DNA from: a virus
Length of the DNA: 46,543 nt
Virus record (IMG/VR): IMGVR_UViG_3300009702_000003
Location: 1 to 46,543 of that record
Reading direction: 5' to 3' (one strand)
The notes below the pieces were generated by a model. It was not told the DNA's origin, did not search any database, and saw only the letters and a list, made by a program, of their open reading frames with translations. Below, piece after piece: positions 31,184-39,746 of the stretch (within the stretch, counting starts at the first letter, position 1; every line of letters begins with the position of its first letter). The position numbers were made by a program, and so were the translations under genes.

Positions 31184-32329
31184 CTACGTTTCTGCGTTAC
31201 CACCTGTTACTGGTTTGTTAGGTGTCCAAGGAGAACCAGAAGTACCCAGATTGTCCATGTCTGATACTTTGGTCTGGAGTTCATCTATAGCATTTTGAAG
31301 TCTACCAAAACTGTCATTACCGTTGGGTGTCCAACCATTGAACCCACTGGTTGCTAGCTTATTTTTACTTACTGCAGTATTGCTAATCTTAGAACTTGTT
31401 ACAGCGCTTGGAGCTATTTCACTTGATGTTACAGCCTGGTTAGCAATCTTAGCAGTTGTCACTGCTGAGGCAGCAAGCTCTGCACTAGTGACAGCACCAG
31501 TGCTGATCTTTGCAGTTGTTACAGCTGCTGTATCTATGTCTGCTGTTGCTACAGAACTTTTAGTAGCTAATGCCCCTTGTCCTGTAATCGCTGAAGCAGT
31601 ATGGCCCGAAGTAATGTCCGCCCCACTTTCCGATGCCCATTTTCGTGTAATAGTTTCTCCAATTTGGTCTGCTGTCTTGTTTGTGACTTCGGCAGTAGCC
31701 AAGTCAACAGAGTTTTTAGTAGCAAGCGTGCCTTGACCAGTAATGGCTGCTGCTGTCTTACCACTGGTAACGTCTGCTCCTGTTTCTCCTGCCCACTTCC
31801 TGGTAATGCTCTCCGGGATATCATCTGCATCTCCACTTAATTGTGCTAATGTTTTGTTAGTAACTTCTCCTGTCGCAAGGTCTACATTGTTCTTAGTAGC
31901 TAGAGAGCCCTGTCCTACTATAGAAGCAGCAGTGTTTGAACCTGTAACATCTGCACCAGCTTCTCCAGGCTTTAGAGACTCGACAGAACTAGAATCTGCA
32001 TACTTAACAGAACTAGCACCAAGAGTACTAATGCCTTCTCCTCCCACATTGTCTGTAACTTCTTCTGCAGTAACAACCTGGCTCTTTCCTGTGCTTGTAA
32101 GTTTCTTAGTATGCTTGGCAAGTGTGCCCCTGAAAGTCCCTCTGCTTTCATCTATCTGCAACTGATAAGAATTTAGAACAGTGTTTAGTGTGTTTGACAT
32201 CCTTGTCAGTTCCAGGGTAAGCATTTGGGCTAGCTCCTGAACTGTACCTGCACTAGTAAGAAGAGTTGGGGGCTGTATCTTTACTACAGGTAGTCTTGAA
32301 GTCTGTCGTAAATTAGTAAGCCTTGACAT
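31184..32329 (-). CDS. Tail fibre protein with internal tandem repeats
   Basis: There are three copies of about 50 aa of the form GAD(V/I)T.G.TA..I.GQG.LATK..V(D)LAT.EVTNKT, then repeated xAVT..KI units typical of fibre shafts. Confidence 0.7.
   Translation of the reverse strand: MSRLTNLRQTSRLPVVKIQPPTLLTSAGTVQELAQMLTLELTRMSNTLNTVLNSYQLQIDESRGTFRGTLAKHTKKLTSTGKSQVVTAEEVTDNVGGEGISTLGASSVKYADSSSVESLKPGEAGADVTGSNTAASIVGQGSLATKNNVDLATGEVTNKTLAQLSGDADDIPESITRKWAGETGADVTSGKTAAAITGQGTLATKNSVDLATAEVTNKTADQIGETITRKWASESGADITSGHTASAITGQGALATKSSVATADIDTAAVTTAKISTGAVTSAELAASAVTTAKIANQAVTSSEIAPSAVTSSKISNTAVSKNKLATSGFNGWTPNGNDSFGRLQNAIDELQTKVSDMDNLGTSGSPWTPNKPVTGGNAET
31367..31528 (-). repeat. Short AVT-x2-(K/E)-I shaft repeats within the tail fibre gene
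   Basis: AAVTTAKISTGAVTSAELAASAVTTAKIANQAVTSSEIAPSAVTSSKISNTAV. Confidence 0.7.
31547..31957 (-). repeat. About 150-bp tandem coding repeats (2.5 units) within the tail fibre gene
   Basis: Protein residues 125-183, 184-235 and 236-261 are mutually similar (GADVTGSNTAASIVGQGSLATKNNVDLATGEVTNKT / GADVTSGKTAAAITGQGTLATKNSVDLATAEVTNKT / GADITSGHTASAITGQGALATKSSV). Confidence 0.8.
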
Positions 32330-34161
32330 TAGTTCCTCTCCAAATGCAGTCTCTGTCCAAGTACAGAGATGGTGTAGATTTTAGGCTGTGCAGTACCAGA
32401 GTATGAAAGCTTTATAGTAATACTGTTGCCTACAGAACCTATACCAACACTCCTGGTCCATTGGGAAACCCCAGCCTGTGTTATAAGTATAGAGGCTGTT
32501 TGCCATGTTGTCTGACCATCTATCTTCCAAGAGACTGTTAGACTTTCTCCTGACAAAGGTTCAAACGTTACAAGGATTTGCATGAACCTGGACTTATGAT
32601 GTGGACTTCCAAAGAACAAAGGGTTTGTCTGAGCAGTAGCAGTTTTTGTAACACCTGCCCAGTCTCCTGTAGAATTATCTCTCAGAAGATGTACCTTGCC
32701 ATCTGGAACAGCTTTTGTTCTAGCTCCCCATAGTGCTGTTCCTGTGCTAGCCTGCAGGTCAGTACCCAGTTCGTGTTCTACAAATGCTGTAAAGCCCTGG
32801 TCTAGTCTCCTCCAGGAGAAGTCACTAACCTTAAACTTGTAAGTTCTCTGTAGACTTCCGTACCCAGAACCAGTAGTTGGTACTGAAACCCAGACAGTAT
32901 CTTGTGATGCAAAGTATCTTGCTGTTATCTTACTCTCTTCTGCTGAAAGAATATCTGTCCTAAGCTCATCTTCTATCTCCTTGGACAAGTACTGCAGCTT
33001 ACCAGTCTTGTCAATAAGATAGAAACCGTTTCGATAGTAAAAGAACACACCAACACTTGTCTGGGTAACAGACTTTTCGGCACTGCAGCCTATGTTATAG
33101 CTTTGCTGGTCTGCTAAAGATAACTGAACAATGTTTATGACCTCTGCTTCTGGATCCTTCCCCTGTAACAGGTATATGTGATTCTTCTTGAAAGCTACAA
33201 TGCCTTGTGGATGTGCTGCTAATGCAATGCCTCTGTCCCCATCATTAGCCCAGACAACATGCCTGTTGATACTAGTTTCCCAAGATTCTGGCTGTAGCAG
33301 ATCAGAGTAAAGAATGTCCGAGGCTCCTGACCAACCATATACTCTGTTGTAAAAGACTAGAGGACTTCTCAGATCAACTGGTGGGTTCTGTCCCTTGGTA
33401 GGAGCAATGTCTCCCAACTCTTCACTAGACAATGCAATATCAACACTGGTAGTAACATTGTCAGTTATAGTTACAGCATAGAAAGGCTCATCTCTGTTTC
33501 TGATAGACATGTAGATTTTTCTAGCAGTAGTTCCACCTGGACCTACAGGTAAGCTTGACAAGGTTATTGTACTACCATTGCCGGCGTCTATGGTCCCAAA
33601 TGAATCTGACAGAGGGCCTTCAGTTGTACTTGTGACATAACTTACCCAGAACTTTACAGTTTGTTCTACAGAGCCAAGACTATCCTTTATTGCAGAAGAA
33701 GATAAGGTAACATCAGGTTGCGTAAGTCCTATATTAGACACAGCACTACTTGTCTTGCTTGTGAAATCATACTTCCAGGGAGTGTCTATACCGTTAAAGA
33801 ACAGTACAAGATCACCATATGTGACAGAAGACATGGGTGTGTCTGCTGTAAGACCTGACTTAATCAGATGTGTAGTCCCGTCTTGGTCTATGATATAAGC
33901 AGATGTTCCTGCTGTTGCAAAGACTCTTCTGGTCTGGTCTGACTTTTCACCATAGCCTAGATAAGTAACATGATTAGCCGATAGACCTGTTGCAGTCTTT
34001 TCAGTACAACCAGGCTCTACCTTGAGTGCACCAAAATCATCAGGGTCAGGTTCCCATGACTCAAGAAGTGCCCAATCAAGACTATTGAACTTAGTCTTGT
34101 TAGTCACCATCTTGGTAGGCAATGGATTGAAGTTTATACCTGAAATTCTTGGTGTAATCAT
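32329..34161 (-). CDS. Large tail structural protein (tubular B / nozzle-like by position)
   Basis: This 610-aa gene follows a 243-aa gene, an order that resembles T7 gp11/gp12. No motif-level support. Confidence 0.4.
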   Translation of the reverse strand: MITPRISGINFNPLPTKMVTNKTKFNSLDWALLESWEPDPDDFGALKVEPGCTEKTATGLSANHVTYLGYGEKSDQTRRVFATAGTSAYIIDQDGTTHLIKSGLTADTPMSSVTYGDLVLFFNGIDTPWKYDFTSKTSSAVSNIGLTQPDVTLSSSAIKDSLGSVEQTVKFWVSYVTSTTEGPLSDSFGTIDAGNGSTITLSSLPVGPGGTTARKIYMSIRNRDEPFYAVTITDNVTTSVDIALSSEELGDIAPTKGQNPPVDLRSPLVFYNRVYGWSGASDILYSDLLQPESWETSINRHVVWANDGDRGIALAAHPQGIVAFKKNHIYLLQGKDPEAEVINIVQLSLADQQSYNIGCSAEKSVTQTSVGVFFYYRNGFYLIDKTGKLQYLSKEIEDELRTDILSAEESKITARYFASQDTVWVSVPTTGSGYGSLQRTYKFKVSDFSWRRLDQGFTAFVEHELGTDLQASTGTALWGARTKAVPDGKVHLLRDNSTGDWAGVTKTATAQTNPLFFGSPHHKSRFMQILVTFEPLSGESLTVSWKIDGQTTWQTASILITQAGVSQWTRSVGIGSVGNSITIKLSYSGTAQPKIYTISVLGQRLHLERN

Positions 34162-34166
34162 TTTAC

Positions 34167-34898
34167 TTAAGCAGTAATCCTGCCTATCCTATTCACATGT
34201 GTATCCTGCCAGGTACCTATGTCTGTACCTAGGCTTTCTCTCTGTTCTAGAACTCTAAGATGTGCATGTACTAGAATTTCTCTAGTCAGAAGTATGTTCT
34301 TTTGCTGTAATAGCCTTGTGTCAAGATCTCTGCTGGTCTTGAGACTTATAGCTGCTCTAACAGGAATAACCTCATGATATTGTGCTGGTATAACAGGTGT
34401 GTCTGTATCAGCAACTAAAGGTTGTGGCAGACCCTCGTATACAAGTCGCATACTATTGACACCTGCTGTGACAGTTGTTGGGGTAGGGTACACTACCAGA
34501 TGTTCTGACTCTATAGACCAAACATATGCATTACTAGTAGCATTTCTCCTAATCTGTGAGAAGATTTCCAAAGGTTTGAACTCATAGTCTTTTGATCCAG
34601 TACCCTCAACAGTAGTACTAAGGTCTGCACCATCTTGATCTATCACAAGCTGTACTGATCTGTTAAATCCTGCAGGCAGTTTATAGTATGAAACACCTGC
34701 CTCTGTATCCCTGAATGATTCAAACACAAAATAGCCAGGCCAATTCTGTTCTATTGCTGTGGCAACTTCCAAATATGCGAGGTTTAGGACATCTGTAATC
34801 TGCTGGGTAGTCCAGATCTGGTTAGCAGTTGTAGTCTCGTCATTCACAAGGAATCTTGTATGCCCTATGAGATTTGGATTACCTGTGTTTAGCTGCAT
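34167..34898 (-). CDS. Tail structural protein (adaptor / tubular A-like by position)
   Basis: 243 aa. Called on position only. Confidence 0.4.
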   Translation of the reverse strand: MQLNTGNPNLIGHTRFLVNDETTTANQIWTTQQITDVLNLAYLEVATAIEQNWPGYFVFESFRDTEAGVSYYKLPAGFNRSVQLVIDQDGADLSTTVEGTGSKDYEFKPLEIFSQIRRNATSNAYVWSIESEHLVVYPTPTTVTAGVNSMRLVYEGLPQPLVADTDTPVIPAQYHEVIPVRAAISLKTSRDLDTRLLQQKNILLTREILVHAHLRVLEQRESLGTDIGTWQDTHVNRIGRITA

Positions 34899-35394
34899 GA
34901 TTCTTAATCCTTTCCCTAAGCCTGTCTATTCTTCTTTTTAGTTTCTTGACCTGTTTAAGAATAAACTGCAAAACACTGTCATCTGCATCTCTACCTGGTT
35001 CTCCCATAGGACCTGTAGGCCCCTGCAATCCCATAGGACCTGGAGCACCACTAATACCGGGTATAACTATGTGCATTTGACCATCTTCAGGATAGGCCCA
35101 GAAGATTAGATCCTTGTCACTAAAGTCCTTGCCATACCCTGAACTAGTGGCAGCAGCAAATACCTTTACTTCTATCCCATTGCCTAGATCTCTGACAAGT
35201 GCAAGAGCAGCTTCTAGTTGGCCACCATTTCCTGAATCTATGTTAAATGAGATTGCACCAAGTACCTCACCAGGCTGGCCCACAAGGCGAACCTTAGCCG
35301 GGTCAGTAATTTTAGACCCTATTGTAACCTCGTTCTGTCTATCTGGATGTGCTGCCTCGATCCACATATCAGGTGTGTCAAATCGTTCAGTCAT
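34879..35394 (-). CDS. Structural protein with a short collagen-like triple-helix segment
   Basis: There are eight consecutive G-X-Y triplets (GISGAPGPMGLQGPTGPMGEPGRD), then a basic helical tail (KKLKRRIDRLRERIK). Confidence 0.6.
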   Translation of the reverse strand: MTERFDTPDMWIEAAHPDRQNEVTIGSKITDPAKVRLVGQPGEVLGAISFNIDSGNGGQLEAALALVRDLGNGIEVKVFAAATSSGYGKDFSDKDLIFWAYPEDGQMHIVIPGISGAPGPMGLQGPTGPMGEPGRDADDSVLQFILKQVKKLKRRIDRLRERIKNHAAKHR

Positions 35395-35449
35395 TAGAGG
35401 ACACCAGTTTCTTGAACTTTCTTAGGGTAAGAGGCAACAGCGCTAATCA

Positions 35450-36643
35450 CTATGCCACCTTCCACCCGTAGATGGTCACGACGCCGGAGGAGATCGTGCC
35501 CGATGACACGACGAGCACGACGCTTGTGAGCGGCCCCGTTACAGACGTTGCCCGGCCAACAATCGAGCCTCCCTTGGGGTCTAGCGTCGTGGCCTCGATG
35601 TATGTTCCAAATCCCCTGGTCATGAAGTTGGTCTGATTCTCAAGCCACAGTGTCCACGCGCCACCCTCTACGTTCGATCCCATGTTCGATGCAAGCTCGA
35701 TGTAGGTGCCCGCGTTGGATGCCGAGCCCTGATACGTGGCTGTGGACGAGTCGTTGTCGCCGTGGTGGTAGTGGTAGTTATTATTGGAGGAGCCGTTGTA
35801 TTGGATGCCTACGGCAACGCCGTTCGTCCCAACCTTGAGCTTCTCGATCAGCACGACCAGCGTGTCGTATCCAGTAGTCGTTACGTTCAGGGTCGTGCCG
35901 GGCGTGGTCGTGGTTGCGATCTGCTTCAAGACACCGCTACCACCGAGTAGGGTCTCTACTCCCGCGCTGTCGAGCAGGGCAAGTTTCGTCGTGCCGGCGT
36001 CATCCTTGGCGTACACACGCCCTACGTTCACCCCAGGATTTGCGGGTGTCGCGATCTCGTCCAGGTCGTAGTAGCTGCTCTTGAGCACATTCTCCGGAGA
36101 GACGAACTCGTAGCCTGTTACTCCGCTGTTGAGTCGAACAAGCTGCAACCCGGTGCCCACAGGGAGCCTCCCGAACTGGGAAGCCCCAGAGGCATAGACA
36201 AAATCAAGTGCTGCCTGGGATGCAATAGCTATCCCACCTGACTCTACAGCAGCTATTCTAGCATCTACAGTAGCAGAAGAACCAGAAGGACTAATACCTA
36301 GTTCTGACTCTATGTTAGCAACTTCTTGTACTAGCTGATCTTGTACCTTACCTGTTGGCACTGCTACAACATTGTCTCCATCATTATGTGCTGCAGCAGT
36401 ACCTGCCCAACCTCTAGTACAACCTGTAAAGGTAGTGCTTGTAGTACCCGTGTAGTATATCTGTTCACCACCAATGACAATAGTTCCATTAGTACTTGCA
36501 AAACCTGTGGTTGAGGCAACAGTTATGGTAGTTACAACAGAGGTATGTGCACCTGTTAGGGTTGTTCTCTGGTCTATTCCATCCCCCACTCTTGGTAGGT
36601 CTGCATCAGTTACCAGAGCTGTTGGGTATTTAACAGTAGCCAT
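35450..36643 (-). CDS. Tail fibre/spike protein with a compositionally foreign C-terminal domain
   Basis: The N-terminal block IVIGGEQIYYTG...FTGCTRGWAGTAAAHNDGDNV is a common fibre/spike anchor motif. G+C jumps at about 36200, and the C-terminal part (about 250 aa) is G+C-rich. Confidence 0.65.
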   Translation of the reverse strand: MATVKYPTALVTDADLPRVGDGIDQRTTLTGAHTSVVTTITVASTTGFASTNGTIVIGGEQIYYTGTTSTTFTGCTRGWAGTAAAHNDGDNVVAVPTGKVQDQLVQEVANIESELGISPSGSSATVDARIAAVESGGIAIASQAALDFVYASGASQFGRLPVGTGLQLVRLNSGVTGYEFVSPENVLKSSYYDLDEIATPANPGVNVGRVYAKDDAGTTKLALLDSAGVETLLGGSGVLKQIATTTTPGTTLNVTTTGYDTLVVLIEKLKVGTNGVAVGIQYNGSSNNNYHYHHGDNDSSTATYQGSASNAGTYIELASNMGSNVEGGAWTLWLENQTNFMTRGFGTYIEATTLDPKGGSIVGRATSVTGPLTSVVLVVSSGTISSGVVTIYGWKVA

Positions 36644-36654
36644 AGTCTATTCTC

Positions 36655-37155
36655 TTATGGACTGGGGTAGTTCTTTTGTACCCAGTCATCAATTACTGAA
36701 AGTGTCTTGCTAGTCCAAGAATCAACACCAGATAGTGTCTTATTCAAGTTCTCCCAGACATATCTTAGGTTGGCCTGTACTTGGCTAGAACCAAGTATAG
36801 CTGTTGGTGCTAGCAGGAGTATTAATGTAATGCCACCTTGGACTGCTGAAGTAGCAGACACAGGATCAGGTAGTAGAGACATGATGTGTTGCACACTACC
36901 TACAAAGGTAGAGTCACCAGCAATTCCTGTAGGATCCAGAACAATTACTTCTTGGACAGAACCAGTTACAGCAGAGGTTGCAGAGACACTGTTTAGTCCG
37001 GGAGTGTAGACTGCAAACACTGCTCCTGAAACTAGACTGTCACCAACTATAGACCCTGATAGAACATATTGCTGGGCAGCAGAGTTTGCACCCCAAGCCC
37101 AGTTGTCACTACCAAAGCCTATTTCTGTTGATCCAAACCCTACAGGAATTGACAT
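36655..37155 (-). CDS. Hypothetical virion-module protein (166 aa)
   Basis: Clean ORF, Ser/Val/Gly-rich, located in the structural block. Confidence 0.5.
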   Translation of the reverse strand: MSIPVGFGSTEIGFGSDNWAWGANSAAQQYVLSGSIVGDSLVSGAVFAVYTPGLNSVSATSAVTGSVQEVIVLDPTGIAGDSTFVGSVQHIMSLLPDPVSATSAVQGGITLILLLAPTAILGSSQVQANLRYVWENLNKTLSGVDSWTSKTLSVIDDWVQKNYPSP

Positions 37156-37164
37156 AGTTTTGTA

Positions 37165-37551
37165 TTACGTTTGAGTTACTGTAAGAGAACCTGCAGAAAA
37201 CTTTACAATGTCATTTGTATTCACAACACGAGAGGTAGTCAATGCAGACCACATTAGCATGTTTCCAGCTGTGGATGCATCAAACAGAGCAAAGTGTGTT
37301 ATAGTTCCCCAGTTAGCAGTAGCTGTTGGAAAAGTTACAACTGCGGAGTTATTAGTAGTACCAGCTGCAGCAGCAGAGAAAGTTATTGCTTGCCGAGCAT
37401 ATGCCCCACCAGAAACCTCTGTACCACCCCCACTGTCTGATGGGGCTGCTGTGTACAGCCCCACATAGACAGTAGCAGGCATGGTAAAAGCAGTTGTCCC
37501 TAGTACATGGTCTAGGACTTTATTCTCTAAATAGTCACTATAGGACGACAT
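37165..37551 (-). CDS. Hypothetical virion-module protein (128 aa)
   Basis: The pattern YLENKVLDHVLG...VYVGLYT...EVSGGAYARQAITF...WGTITHFALFDA..GNML recurs in small phage structural-module proteins as I recall. The family name is not known to me. Confidence 0.55.
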   Translation of the reverse strand: MSSYSDYLENKVLDHVLGTTAFTMPATVYVGLYTAAPSDSGGGTEVSGGAYARQAITFSAAAAGTTNNSAVVTFPTATANWGTITHFALFDASTAGNMLMWSALTTSRVVNTNDIVKFSAGSLTVTQT

Positions 37552-37564
37552 GCTTTAGTACTCC

Positions 37565-37987
37565 CTACACTGAGCGGTCAGTAGAAACCCACTTGACTTC
37601 AGAACCAAAGGTCATGTCTGAGTTAAGCCCCCAGACCATCTTCAGGCGTACTCTTGAGTTTGGAGGGAATACACCCTCAAACCACTTGTAGACAATACCA
37701 GCAGCAGTAATCTGGGTTAGTGAAGCAGCTGTCTGACTGTTGGCAGCACCAGGCATATCAGCCCAAGTGACTCCCTTATCTGTTGAGTACTGGAAACTTA
37801 TGTCTAGTGTACCTGCAGCTACAGTTGCTACATTTGCAAATAGACCTACAAGTTTAGACCCAGCAGGATCAAACGCTGAGCTGAAAGTAGTGCTGCTACT
37901 TTCTGTTAGGTTCTGAGAAGCAAGCTTACTTCCTGCAGCATCAAGAACGTTTGTGTTGTCACCCCATAGTGAGTTACCAAAGGCCAT
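37565..37987 (-). CDS. Hypothetical virion-module protein (140 aa), possible capsid accessory protein
   Basis: Clean ORF, beta-rich in appearance, near the capsid gene. Called on position only. Confidence 0.45.
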   Translation of the reverse strand: MAFGNSLWGDNTNVLDAAGSKLASQNLTESSSTTFSSAFDPAGSKLVGLFANVATVAAGTLDISFQYSTDKGVTWADMPGAANSQTAASLTQITAAGIVYKWFEGVFPPNSRVRLKMVWGLNSDMTFGSEVKWVSTDRSV

Positions 37988-38046
37988 TTTATTTTCCTAT
38001 TTCTGTTAGTTTCACCTAAGAACACTGGGTTCGCAGCCCAGAAAGG

Positions 38047-38526
38047 TTATATTCCTAGAGTGGCCCTTGCAAGGTTTGATTCTTGCTTGGATGTAAGAAC
38101 CTTACTTGCAAAGGTATTATTAGCATCTGCTACATTCTGTTTATGAACAGCAGATCTTTTGTGACCTGACATGCCCTGTGCATTCTTTGCTACAACGTCA
38201 CAAACGCTGCAGTAGTACATACCATCAGAACGTGCTTCTATGATTTCATCTGGATCTAGAGAGACAGTGTGGTCCTCTTCAATACCAATGAAATCAAGTC
38301 CATACGCTGGGTGGTGTAACACAAAGTCAATTCTGTCAGGGTCAGTTAAGTCAACCCTACCACGCCAGACCCTACCCTTGTAGGTAAGGTCTGGAATGGC
38401 AGAGAATTCAATCCTATCACCCATCACAGGGACAAAAGAAGTAATGCCCTGTGCGTCCGTAACTGGCTTCATATGGCTAGGCAGCCTAACCACCTTGCCA
38501 TTACGATACTTGTGTAGGAATAACAT
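38047..38526 (-). CDS. Hypothetical protein with a C2H2-type zinc-finger-like motif
   Basis: The motif is YYCSVCDVVAKNAQGMSGHKRSAVH (C-x2-C-x12-H-x5-H). AAGGAG is upstream. The gene lies immediately downstream of the capsid gene. Confidence 0.5.
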   Translation of the reverse strand: MLFLHKYRNGKVVRLPSHMKPVTDAQGITSFVPVMGDRIEFSAIPDLTYKGRVWRGRVDLTDPDRIDFVLHHPAYGLDFIGIEEDHTVSLDPDEIIEARSDGMYYCSVCDVVAKNAQGMSGHKRSAVHKQNVADANNTFASKVLTSKQESNLARATLGI

Positions 38527-38559
38527 TCTAATTATTAGCTCCTTGTCAATCCGGTTAGA

Positions 38560-39720
38560 TTAGACAGGAAGTGTCACACCCTTCAGAAGTCCTGAAGTTT
38601 CCTGACGTCCTCGCCAGACACCACCTTCTGTAAGGTACTCGTCCTTACGACCGTCTACGCCTGGGTTTTGGACATTGGTGCGAAGCATGGTATCACGTCC
38701 CTGTAGGAACCTCCACCCGTACTGGGTGAAGTCAATGATATAGCCTCGCTGTTTCAGAAAATCATTATCTGAAAGAATTGGGTGTGGTACTATATCTAGT
38801 ACACCATTGGCTGACTGGAAACGATTGGCAGCAATACCAATAGTTTTATCACCAGGGACATACTCTAAACCACCTGCTAGGAGACCAATAGCGTCTAGAA
38901 CCTCTCGTGAAGCAATCATCACTCGATGGTCACTATCACCGAAACGTGTAACGTCACGGATAAGAGACATAAGTTCTAGACTGGTCAAGTTACCACTCAC
39001 ATCCAGCACATGCTGTGTTAGATGTTCATGAATCCCACCAGTAGTCCGACGTCCAGAAGCACCCGAAGTAGTGTTACTACGAGTACCTAGGAGACAGGAA
39101 AGCTCCATCTTGCGCTGATGCTCAATAGCACGCTTGCGTGCCTGGTAATCCATATCTGAACCACCATAGAGCTTCTGTGCAGCTAGAGTTCCATCAATCT
39201 CCCAGGGTGTGCGGTAGATCTGAGTATAGTTGAAGTCAGTTGTGACAACAGTTGATACACCAGAACCAACATCAGCACCGTCTAGATTACTGTCCCCAAT
39301 GTTCAGAACCTGAGCACCAGAAGAAATAGCAGCAGCAGTACTGTCACCAAATCCTCGGGTTAGCGAACTGATAGTTGTGCTACCATCAGAAGCACCGACA
39401 AAGATTATTTCATCGGTCTCAGGAACGTATGCCAGATCACCAGCCTGGAAGTACCCAGCCTCACCAGCACCAAGAACAATGCTAGTAGCAGAGTTCGAAT
39501 AGCTTGTGCTAGTATTAGCTTGGTAGGCAACTAGGTCATCCTTTTGTACATCGAACTTGTAGTTGTCTACAGACTCTCTGTCCAATCGGGTTATGATGTT
39601 GACAATTGGGTTTGCGCTTGGCTGTAGAAGCAGGATTGCTTCCCACATAGACACAACACGACGGAACTGGGCAATACCCTGTGTTCCTTGTGTTGAGCGC
39701 ATTCCAGAAATTTGTGCCAT
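38560..39720 (-). CDS. Major capsid protein (HK97-fold, N4 gp56/SU10-like as recalled)
   Basis: 386 aa, directly after the scaffold-like gene. The blocks NYTQIYRTPWEIDGT, KLYGGSDMDYQARKRAIEHQRKMELSCLLG and DEYLTEGGV resemble that capsid family. G+C is locally elevated. Confidence 0.7.
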   Translation of the reverse strand: MAQISGMRSTQGTQGIAQFRRVVSMWEAILLLQPSANPIVNIITRLDRESVDNYKFDVQKDDLVAYQANTSTSYSNSATSIVLGAGEAGYFQAGDLAYVPETDEIIFVGASDGSTTISSLTRGFGDSTAAAISSGAQVLNIGDSNLDGADVGSGVSTVVTTDFNYTQIYRTPWEIDGTLAAQKLYGGSDMDYQARKRAIEHQRKMELSCLLGTRSNTTSGASGRRTTGGIHEHLTQHVLDVSGNLTSLELMSLIRDVTRFGDSDHRVMIASREVLDAIGLLAGGLEYVPGDKTIGIAANRFQSANGVLDIVPHPILSDNDFLKQRGYIIDFTQYGWRFLQGRDTMLRTNVQNPGVDGRKDEYLTEGGVWRGRQETSGLLKGVTLPV

Positions 39721-39746
39721 CTTCTTTATTACCTTCTGTTATAACC

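Noticed and set aside
35650-36071. + strand ORFs (35650..35838, 35762..35950, 35784..36071) inside the G+C-rich fibre tip.
   Set aside because: These are shadow ORFs in stop-poor, high-G+C sequence. The - strand fibre reading frame is continuous and protein-like.
38025-38041. Short hairpin CTGGG-N7-CCCAG after the 38047..38526 gene (- strand), considered as a terminator.
   Set aside because: The stem has only 5-6 bp and the downstream tract (TGTTCTT) is a poor U-run. It is mentioned only as context in the zinc-finger finding.
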